Of a stretch of 64,000 bases of DNA, positions 53,332 to 64,000 are shown piece by piece (position 1 is the first letter of the stretch; every line of letters begins with the position of its first letter). The position numbers were made by a program, and so were the translations under genes. The notes beneath the pieces are model-generated. The model had not been told where the DNA came from, did not search any database, and saw only the letters and a program-made list of their open reading frames with translations. This DNA is from Reclinomonas americana ATCC 50394. Lineage: Eukaryota. The DNA lies in contig PS015113.1 in the NCBI GenBank assembly GCA_048213135.1, positions 1-64,000 on the forward strand, written 5' to 3'.

Positions 53332-56182
53332 CTGCCATGGCTGTCGACGGCAGCGGCAGTAGTGGTGCAACCGCTGCCAACGGCGATGGGAATGGGGCGG
53401 CGCCTGAGGTGGACCCGCTCGATGCATTCATGGTCGACGTGGCGAGCACCGTGCAGCAGCTGGATGGTGGCGATTCGGTGCGTTTTCCTCGCTCTCCCTC
53501 GCTCTCCCTCACCTCGACTGCTTCTCACCACTCATTTTCCGCAGCTGGTACGTGATCGACTGGGAGGCTTGGTATCGAACAAGCCGGCCGCATCCATGGC
53601 CATCTCGCTCGACGACATTATGAGCGGCAAGATGGACGTCGATCAGCCAATCAAGCAGGAGTCCGACGATGTAGAGCAGGAGGCGAATGGCGCGGGTGGC
53701 GACAGCGATGAGTATCGACAGCGCTTCCTCGAGGCGATGCGCAAGGCCAGTGACGCGCCGGCGGCAGGTGGTAGCAGTGGTGGTTCTGGTTCTGGTGGTG
53801 CCTCCGGCGGTGGTGCAGCTTCGTCGTCGTCGACTGGCGGCGGCGCGGCCAATGGTGACGACGATGACGACGAGGATGATATGGCGGGTGGCGGTCGTGG
53901 CGACGATGACGATGAGTACATGGGTACGGTGGTGGAGTCGGAGGCGGAGAAGAGCAACAAGAAGGACCTGAAGCCAGTCGACCACTCCAAGATGAACTAC
54001 GAGAAGTTTACGAAGAATTTTTGGATCGAGCCACGTGATGTGGCACGTCTGACAGACGCGGAGATCAAGGCACAGTTGGCCGCCGACAAGGTTCGCATTC
54101 GCGGCAAGGGTTGCCCGCGCCCGATCCGTGCCTGGCACCAGTGTGGTTTGCCCACGAAAATGTTGCGTCTACCTCTTCTCTCCTCCTCAGTCCACCGCTC
54201 TTTACCTCTTTTGCCTGTCCTCCTCTTTTCTCCACTCCTTGCCTCTCCTCCTCCTTCTTCCACTCCTTGCCTCTCCTCCACTTTCTTCCACTCTTTTGCC
54301 TCTCCTCCTCTTTCTTCCACTTTGCCTCTCCTTTCATTTTTCCACCGCTCTTTACCTCTCCTCTGTTTCCACTCTTTGCATCGCCTCCTCTCTCTTCCAC
54401 TCTTTGCCTCTCCTCCTCTTTCTTTCACTCTTTGCCTCTCCTCCTCTCTCTTCCGCTCTTTCCTCTTTCTTTCACTGTTTGCCTCTCCTCCTCTCTCTTC
54501 CACTCTTTGCCTCTCCTCTCCTCTCTTCCACTCTTTGCCTCTCTCTCCTCTCTTCCACTCTTTTGCCTCTCCTCCTCTCTTTCTTCCAACGCTCCTCCTC
54601 ACACACTCCCTTGTCTCCCTCCGACCAGTGTGGACGTGATTAACAAGTCGGGCTTTGAGCGGCCATTTGCGATTCAGCAGCAGGCGATTCCGGCCATCAT
54701 GTCGGGCCGCGATGTGATTGGCATTGCGAAGACGGGCTCTGGCAAGACGCTGGCGTTTGTGTTGCCGATGTTGCGCCACATCAAGGATCAACCGCCACTA
54801 CGAGAGGGCGATGGACCGATTGCACTCATCATGGCGCCCACGCGCGAGCTGGCCACGCAGATCTACTCGGACACGAAGAAGTTTGCGAGCCCTCTCGGTC
54901 TGCGCACGGTGTGTGTATACGGCGGCGCCGGCATTGCCGAGCAGATTGCCGATCTGAAACGTGGTGCCGAGATCATTGTGTGTACACCAGGGCGCATGAT
55001 CGACTTGCTGTGTGCCAACCGCGGTCGTTGCGTTCTCCCCTTCTCTCCCACTGCCTCCAACACCGCCCACCCTCCTCCACTCACGCGTCATTTGTGTGGA
55101 ATACAGGTGTGACGAACTTGACTCGTGTGACGTACGTTGTGCTTGACGAGGCCGATCGCATGTTTGATTTGGGATTCGGTCCGCAGATCACCCGCATCAC
55201 GGAGAATGTGCGACCGGACCGACAGACGGTGATGTTCTCGGCCACGTTTCCGCGTGCCGTCGAGAAGCTGGCCCGCGGCATTCTGCGCAAGCCGATCGAG
55301 ATCGAGGTGGGCGGTCGCAGCGTGGCCTCGCAGAGTGTGACGCAGTATGTGGAGGTCATGGAGGAGGAGGCCAAGTTCCTGCGGCTGCTCACGCTGCTCG
55401 GTGAATGGTACGAGCGCGGCAGTGTGTTGGTGTTTGTTGATCGACAAGAAGAGTGTGACTCCTTGTTCCACGACCTCATGCGTGCCGGTTACGATTGCCT
55501 CTCGCTCCATGGTGGCAAGGTACGCTCCCCTCGCCGCACTGTGTCTTGTGTGTCTCCACATTTGGTGTGCCCAACTGGTCGTTCCCCTCCCCGCTCGCCG
55601 TGCAGGAACAAGTGGACCGTGAGTACACGATTGCGCAGTTCAAGGCCAAGGAGAAGACGCTGATGGTGGCCACGTCGGTGGCCGCGCGCGGCCTGGACGT
55701 CAAGGATCTGGTGCTGGTCATCAACTACAACGCACCGAATCACTACGAAGACTACGTGCATCGCGTCGGTCGCACAGGTCGTGCCGGACGCACCGGCACC
55801 GCGTACACCTTCATGACGCCGGCTGAGGAGCGGTACGCCCCCGACTTGGCCAAGGCGCTCGAGCAGAGCAACAATGCCGTGCCGGAGCAGTTGCGCAAGA
55901 TGGCCGACGGTGAGTTTGCACTGTGTTTTGTTTGCATGTATGCATGATGCTCAACAAAACACGTGTGTTGTGTGCGCAGCGTTCCTCAGCAAGCGCAAGG
56001 AGGGCACAGTGAAACACTTTTCCAATGCAGGGTTTGGTGGACGCGGATTCAAGTTTGACGAGACGGAGGAGAAGGCGAAGCGTGAGGCGAAACGACGCGA
56101 GGCACGCGCGATGGGCTTGTTGACGGAGGAGGACGCCGAGAGCGACCACGAAGACGACAAGGGTGGCGACGAGGACGGTGAT
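53332..56182 (+). CDS. DDX46: DEAD-box RNA helicase DDX46/Prp5 (partial at both ends)
   Basis: [95 protein letters not shown]. Confidence 0.93.
54170..54600 (+). repeat. Intronic ~30-bp pyrimidine minisatellite
   Basis: Repeated ctctttgcctctcctcctct..ttcca inside a DDX46 intron. Confidence 0.85.
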
Positions 56183-56394
56183 NNNNNNNNNNNNNNNNNN
56201 NNNNNNNNNNNNNNNNNNNNNNNNNNNNNNNNNNNNNNNNNNNNNNNNNNNNNNNNNNNNNNNNNNNNNNNNNNNNNNNNNNNNNNNNNNNNNNNNNNNN
56301 NNNNNNNNNNNNNNNNNNNNNNNNNNNNNNNNNNNNNNNNNNNNNNNNNNNNNNNNNNNNNNNNNNNNNNNNNNNNNNNNNNNNNNNNNNNNNN

Positions 56395-59300
56395 CCGTCA
56401 TGCAACTCTCCGCAGAAGCAGCGGCAGCAGCAGCGCCACTGTCGGTGGCTGATGCAAGCAGCGCGCTCAGGTCGTCATCCTGTACACAGACAGGAAGAGT
56501 CAGTCATCGTTGCGAGACGTGGGTGGCACAGCACATGCTCCAACCGACCGAAATGTCTCGACCGAGCACCTTGAACACGGCGCGCACGTCGTCACGCTGC
56601 AGCTTGCCACCGCATCCCACGGCCACGGTCGACACTGCATTGGCAATGCTCTGCGCCACCTCCGGGTCGACCGAAGCCAGTGAGTTTGCGATCTGCAACG
56701 AGAGAGAGGAGTGAGATACGTAGAGGAGACTGTCCCTCTCGGTGCCACTCGACCAACCGTCGTCTCAGCATGGCGCAAGCGATCGTGGCACAATTCGAGC
56801 AACGATCGATGCAACGTCAGCACGGCGCGGGCATTCTCCACAGCCAGCATGTCTTGCAAGTGGTGTCGGGCATCGGTGCCGCTAAAGCTGTCGACGTACA
56901 CTTGCAGTGCAGCCAGTGACCGTGTCAGATCGGGCGATTGCAGGTCGTGGATGCACAGCTGAATCGTGTGCAGCAACAACTGCGGGAAAATGTCAAAGTG
57001 AGTGAGGGAGAGGCGCGCGACTTTCGTGTCTCGTGTCTCTCACCTCGACGTCGCCACCTATGGTCTGCAGCAGATTGGCGCGCACGGCGCGAATGCGACT
57101 CCTTGCGTGTGAGATGTGAATCTCTTGCTCCGTCTGCACCTCTTCGTCTGTGCACGACAATGGTGAGAAGCGAGACGGGGAGTGTACGACATCCATACCC
57201 ACAAACCATCGTCATCGCTGTTGCCACGCATTCTCGCAATGCTGGCAATCGTGTCGTGCACCTGCCGATTCAGTTCGCCCGAGTCCCGCAGTGCTCCCTG
57301 CGCGAACGGTGGGTGATTGATAGGCACAATCAGTAGACTCTCGTTTGACTCGATCACCAACCTGCAGCTCGGCAACATGTGACTCTGATGATGCAGAGGA
57401 TGACTCGGACGACTTGATGGCCTCGTTGAGGATCGCCACTTGCGCCAACACAACATCCTCCAGCAGAATCTGCAGCGGCTGCAGACGCTGGGAGTTGGCG
57501 GGTCGCGACGGATCCAGAATCGCCAGCTGATTGCGAATGTCCGAGATGCAGTGTGCCACCACGGCGCGCAAAATCCACTGGTCGTCGCCCGCACCCTTTT
57601 GCGCCGCAGCGAGAGCCGGTGACGCAAACTGGACAGGCACCAAAAGTACAAAGTTGAGTCACAAACACACAGAGTACGGGATCGAGAGTGCGATACATGC
57701 CTTTTCCAACTGGAGCAAAATCCGATTGCGTGCATCGACCAGCGCATCCGAAGCCCACTGTGTGAAGGCAATGTGAGCACAAACTACACGTTTCATACAC
57801 GCAGTGGTGCGCCAATAACAAACCGATCGATCCATTTCGCACTCGGACTGCAAAAAATCGGGCAGCGCCGACCAGGCCGACTGGAAGCGGTGCCAGTGTG
57901 TGGCGAAATCCTGCGTCAACCGAATAACATCGACGGCGCTGGCCGGCTGCGTGGAACCAAACAGTTCGCGGCACCACTTCATCGTCTCGTCCGACACCTC
58001 GTCAAAGTCGTCGCGTGTGGTGGTCGTTCCTCGTCCGTGTCTCGCCTCGGCCGATCCGTTCGCATGCCTGCGCGTTGTCGGCGAAGTATATGAGACACAC
58101 TTTTGCACTTGACCACAGAAGCAATCTCCAAAAACACACGCACCCATTGTGCAAACTCTGCACGGGCATGTGCTCCACTTGTTCCGCCAGCACCGCGAAT
58201 TTCTCCTCCAGCACCGCCAAGTCAAGGTCTGCATCGGGCACAAAGACCGGCAACCCTCTCGACGACCGATGATCATTGCCGTGCTGCAACAGCGACTGCA
58301 TGCGCCACAGGCCGCTCACGGCCACTGGTCGACAATCGTGTGCAAATCGTCGCTGGAAGCTTCGAATCGCGGCAACATCGGCATCAGAGCCAGCACCACC
58401 ATGTTGAGAGATTACCGCCCGGGACTCCTCACCCCACTGTTGCAAGAATGCTTGGAGCTGCAGTGCACATGAGACACATACGCGGAAGCACAGCTGGAGG
58501 CAAGAAAAAAGCAGCGCACCTTCTTGGCCACAGCCGTGTACGAGGGTGCAAGCTCAGTGGCTTCCACCAGCGTACGGAAATGGCGTGTGACCAGCTCGGC
58601 AGCACTGCGCTGTTGAGATGACAGGCCGTGTGCTGCGGGGGGTGGTTCAACGTACGAGTCGCGGACGGACTTCCGAAAATCCTTCATGGTGCGTTTGAGA
58701 CCGACAACAAGATCGTGGCCTTGCAACTGTGTGCATATCATGCATGAGTCATGGTGGGGAGGGCACTCGTGACAAGAAGAAACGCGCACACACCAAGGCC
58801 TTGAGTCTTTCGATTTCGGCGAGTAACCGTCGGTTTTCCTCGCGCAATTCCTCAATCTCGGCCGACAGAGTGTCGTTGCCCGAGGCTGTCGACAGATGAT
58901 GTCAGCACTATGCGTAATGCGCAACGAGCGACGCAGAAACTACGGACCTTGTGAGCGCAGGCGCGAGTTCTCGGTCTCGAGTTGAAGCACTTTGTTGGCG
59001 AGGTCTTCGAGTTGCTGCTTGCGCGATGCAGATTTCGCTTTCTTGCTCGCCTGCATCGCCTCCAGCTCTTTCTGTAGTCTCTCCACCAACTCCTGCGAGG
59101 CGATGTGCGTGAGAGGAATGCACATCATGTGGTGCCAGAGAGCTAAAGAGGGGAAAGGCTCCACCTTCAACGGCAGCAGCTTTCGTTGGCTCTCCTCAAA
59201 CTGGCCGCTGAGTGCAGCCAGCTGCTCCGTGTAGCGGGTGTTTTCGACACTGCACACAGACGTGATCAATGTCAGGTCAACGTCTCGGAACAAAAACAAG

Positions 59301-61751
59301 AGAGCTCCCGCCGAGACGCAACTGCAGTTCGTCCTTCTCCTTGCGCGTCTGCAGGAAGAAGAGAGAGTGAGGAGAGGAGACGACAGCAACAGAAGGCGAG
59401 CGGGGAGGATGCACGAACCGAGGTCAGCTGCTGCTGGAGAGACGTCACGGCGCCAACGAGCTCCGTCAATGCCGCTTCCTCGTCAGATGCGTGACCTGGC
59501 CTCGGACCGGCTCCTACTGCACTGCCGAGAGCCTCCAAGGCCGCCCGTTGTCGTTGCAGTGTGCCGCGTAGCGTGTCGCGCTCACTCGACACCTACGATG
59601 CACACGCAAATGTCAATTGAGAGAAGCAACACAATCGACAATATGAATGCAACACTCACCGCCGCCAATTGCGTCTCGGCTGCAGTCAATCGGGATCGCA
59701 TCTGCACGTGTTTATGTGAGTCGACGGTGCGCAATGCAAACCTCGGTGAACATCCTCACCGCCTGCTGATCACCCGCAGAGCCGACTTGACGATCGCGCT
59801 CTGCCGACAACTCCCTCTCCAGAGCCGCAATGCGCTGATTCGCCTGCAGCAGACAACATGTCGGCAACAGCACACTCACACACACGTCTATCATAAACCA
59901 CTACAAACCTCAGTCAAATGTGACGTGCAGTCAGAGCATGAACGCTTGGAGGACTCGAGTTCCTTTTGCAATCGCGCCACTTCCTCACCACCCTGCATGT
60001 CGATCAAGGATGAGTGTTGGTGCTTCACGCAGGACCTCGACGGAATGTGCAACAACTGACCTTGGAAACCTCGGCGTGCAACATGGAGGACGACTCAATT
60101 GCCTTTTGCAGCTGGCCCTCCACCTCCAGCAGCGTCGCGCTCGACACTGCCTCCTCGCGGAGCTGCGGCACACATACAGAGTATGTGAGCCAAGAGAAGG
60201 ACACCTACGAGGAGACGGCAGCACGCGCGCACCTTGTCGAGCTCGACTTTCAGCTGCGAACACTCGCCCTCCGACTCCAGCAATGCCTGCTGCAAATCAC
60301 GAACGCGGGTCTCGGCCGAGTCGTTCTCTTCCGCGGAGCCCGCAGCGTTGTCACGCAGCTCGCTCAACTCCGCCTGCAACGACGCTCGCTCGGCCTGTCA
60401 CCACTCCATCGCTCAGTATGCGAGAAGAAGGAGAAGAAGAAGAACACGGTTAAGTATGCGCAGCGCACCTGCAAGTCCACCACCTCCTTGGCCGCATCCT
60501 CCGCCTCTTGGCGTGCCTGCAGTGCAGCATCAGCCTCTTGCTCCAGTTGTTGCTTCCTGCAACGAGGCGCGTGATTATGAGTGCGTGAAGGGAGAGACAG
60601 CAACTGATGATGTAAGTGCAGTGTGGCACGCAACAGCTCGGCCACCTCACGGCTACTGCGCTCGGCCTCGTAGGTCTTCTCGCCCGCCAATTTGCTGGCC
60701 TCGTCCAGCTTCTTCTGCACAGCATCGAGCTCCTGTCGCACCCGCTGCTCGGCCTGCCGGTGCGCGTCGACTTTTTGCGACAACTCGGCCTGTGTGCAGG
60801 AAGAGTGAGCAGCCGCCATTTCGGAAGGGAAATTGATCAATGATTCGTGCCGACGCAACAAGTCGACCATCGAATTCGGCCTTGAGTTCTTCTCGCACTC
60901 GCCGATCGGTCGCATCACGCTCCCTCTGCACAGCGGCGTCCACAGACGCGGTCGATGACACAGCCTGCACATCCAGCTGCGCTCGCAGGTCGGCCAGTTG
61001 CTTCTGCAACTCCTTGGTCTGCGACACCCATCGCATTGGTGAGTGCGACGCAGCACACAGACAATCAACAGAGACTGACGCTCACCTGCGATGCTGCCTT
61101 TTGTTTCTCCTCTGTGAATGCCTCCTGCGTCCGTCGATGCGCTGCGTGCGACTCGTCGAGCTGTACTTGCAGCTCGGCGACCTTGGATTGCAGTGCAAAC
61201 TCCTCCAATTGCGACGCCTCTGCCTGCTTCTTGTGATCGCGGCGCAAGTCGCGCAGCTCGCCCTGCGCGTCAGAAGTCAGCATATGGACCACTGCTGAAA
61301 GGTGGACATCTTGCGGAATCACCTGCAGTGCGTCGATTTCGGCGGACTTTTCCTGCAGGCGCGCACGCAGTTGTACCACGCGCTCATCCGCCGATGCCGA
61401 TTGCTGCGCAACGGGCGTGTATAAGCGAGCAGGCTCGCTACTTGATCACCAAAACACACGCACGCACCGCCTTTTCCGTCTCAGCGAGGCGCGCACGCAG
61501 GTCAATCACTTCGCGGCGCGTCACGTCCAACTCGCCGTGGAAGTTCTCGTAGTAACGAATCTTTTGCTCCAGCTCGTCGTTCAGCTTACCAAAGCGACGC
61601 CACTTGTCCTCCGCATCGGCGCGCCCTGCCACAGCCTCGTTCAACTGCCGGTCGTGTGCGTCTTGCTTGGTGCGATGCTTGTTCAGGTCGCGCATGTAGC
61701 GGTTCAGGCGGTCTTGCAGGGAGCTGTGAGGAGGGGAAAGGGAGTGAGGGA

Positions 61752-61806
<55 letters not shown>

Positions 61807-63812
61807 GAGGAGGAGAGAGAGAGACGNNNNNNNNNNNNNNNNNNNNNNNNNNNNNNNNNNNNNNNNNNNNNNNNNNNNNNNNNNNNNNNNNNNNNNNNNN
61901 NNNNNNNNNNNNNNNNNNNNNNNNNNNNNNNNNNNNNNNNNNNNNNNNNNNNNNNNNNNNNNNNNNNNNNNNNNNNNNNNNNCGACTGCGTTGAGCTACG
62001 AACGCAAGAGAGAGTGGGGCGTGCACAAAGGCGCACCTCATCCACCGGATACAGATCCAGCACCGACTCCACAGTCTCGATCTTGCTGGCGGTGCGTGGC
62101 GATCGCATCGGCGAGGTGCGACGTGGGCTAGCCGCCGCACTTTCGCCAGCAGCTGCCCCGGCCGCCGCCGAGGAACTGCTGCCGCTCGACGACAGCAACG
62201 CGCGTGGTGACATCATCTTTGGCTGCTCGTAGCGCAATCCCGAGTGCAGCTTGCCGCGCACACTCGAAATCACTGCCGAGGCGGCCGAAACGTCCTTCAG
62301 CCGATCGCGCGGAGACATGCCAGCCGGTCGCGGCTGCGACAACTCCAGCGTGCGTGGCGAGGCGGCCACAGTCGACAGACCAGCGGTGCGTGCTGCGCGC
62401 TTGGCGCGCTCCTCCGGTGTCCTGCCTGGTTTCGGCGCCTTGCTGGCCAAGAACGCAGCCGTGGTGCGCTCGGTGACCGACACATGCGGCTGATTGCCCC
62501 ACATTGACTTCTTCTTGCGACCCGACACTGGGGCGGCGGTGGGCGACGATGCCTCGGATGGTGGCGCACTGGAGGACGGATCCGACGAGGCTGGCTCGCT
62601 GTCCGAGTCCACAGCACGCCTCGTGCGCGACAGATCCACTGCGACATGTAAGAGAGAAGGCCAACGAACGAGAGGAACAGACTGCGGGGAGGCGACGCAA
62701 CAAGTGGGAACGACTGGCGCGGCACGGGCCGGTACCGCCGTCACCTCGGGGGATGTTTTGCGCACGGTGGGCACGGGCAGCCGCGATCGCGGTGATCCCA
62801 TGCCCGCAGGAGCGGCAGGCGACGCCTGAGGAGCAGACGTCGGCTTGCGAGCTGGCGACGGCTTCACCGGCTTGGCCAGCGACGACGGTGGTGGACTGCC
62901 CATGGACGACAGTGCCAGCGCCGGCACGAACGACGGTGCAGACACTGGTGCCGAAGGCGCCCCGGAACTCACCGACGATCCATCATCGAGAATGCCATCA
63001 TCGTCCAGGGCGTGCGAGTGGCGCTCCGATGCTGCTCGACAAGCAGGGGAAGAGAATGAGCAACGACGAAAGCAGAGCTGCGCGTGCGCGACCAGCAACG
63101 CACATCCATGTGACATATCGCCCGACGCAGAGCGCTGATGCTGTTGAATCGCTGCACGACGACGATCATCATCAGCAATCGCCTTCCCCCGTTCTGACAA
63201 GCACAAGCACACCCACACACCTCGCGCAAAATCCGCAACCACATCGCTCTCCGCATCCTCCGCAGCCGCCGTGACAGACATCGCAGGCGCACGAGGCGAC
63301 GAGTCTGCCCATGCACAGAGAGAGAGACAGAGAGAGTGAGACAATGAACTGTTGTTTGAGCACATGCAACATGCACGCAACTCGTCTTGGGCACTGGCGG
63401 AGGCAACGGTGGAGGCGAGCGTGGAGAGAACTTGGGGACCGGAAGCCTTTACACAAGAGCAGAGTGAGCACGCACTCACACACAGACAGAGAGACACACA
63501 CAGTGAGTGAGAGACCTCGATCCCGGCGATCTCAAATACGATGCCGATGCAGGCGACGATTTCGGTTGATTCACCAGCGCATGCAGCTCCGATGCAACTT
63601 GACGAACCTTTTGCAGCACACACACACACACATAAGACAGTGTGTGAGAGAGAGAGACAGAGGCAACACAGTGGGTGGAGTAAACGAAACTGCGTCGTCT
63701 TGTGACGAAGTTCGCCTGTGTGCGCGTGTGCAGAGTGAGCAATATGAGTGTGTGAGCGAGTGTGTGTGCGCGCGTAACTGCGGTTGTCGACCGCCGCTGT
63801 CTTGCTCAGCCA
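56395..63812 (-). CDS. Very large hypothetical protein: Pro/Ser-rich N-terminus, long coiled coil, helical C-terminal domain; ends uncertain
   Basis: Many short exons; heptad-rich frames at 58797-61720 (ELQKQLADLRAQLD, SAEIEELREENRRLLAEIERLKAL) splice in phase into the 58725-56400 exons. Confidence 0.55.
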
Positions 63813-64000
63813 TCTCTCCTTCAGTGAGAGAGAGAGAGAGCGGACCTGTCATGACCATCACACGCGCGCACACACAGACGCACACACACGCATGCACAGG
63901 TGAGTAGACACGATGAGAGAGAGAGGACAGTGTGCATGTGGATGCACGCTCACCACAGCACAGCACGCGTACTTTGATAGAGGACAGTGGCTCACACTGT

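Overview
Gappy draft scaffold of an intron-rich eukaryote. It is most likely a flagellated protist (CEP20 and SPATA17 present), with mostly ~55-70 nt GT-AG introns and some long CT/GA microsatellite-filled introns. Hand-splicing gives about 15 genes: CEP20/FOPNL (partial), a tandem-PH-domain protein, a CaMKK-like kinase starting MGSC, a CotH-family kinase plus a duplicate of its 3' end, two genes built from tandem ~610-nt ankyrin exon+intron modules, a PTGR/CurA-type reductase with a PTS1, USO1/p115, SPATA17, DDX46/Prp5 and several hypothetical proteins. The standout is the minus-strand locus 21491-31236. The ORF track shows it as many small ankyrin ORFs, but it splices into one giant protein: at least 11 hypervariable symmetric ankyrin exons, a coiled coil, a DZIP3-type HEPN-like domain with an intact RNxxxH motif, and an intact TKL-type kinase. 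This resembles an RNase L-like sensor-nuclease-kinase, and an ankyrin-only paralog sits next to it. At least three small contigs appear mis-oriented in the assembly. All gene models are manual and unvalidated by transcript data; family assignments rest on recalled motifs, not database searches.
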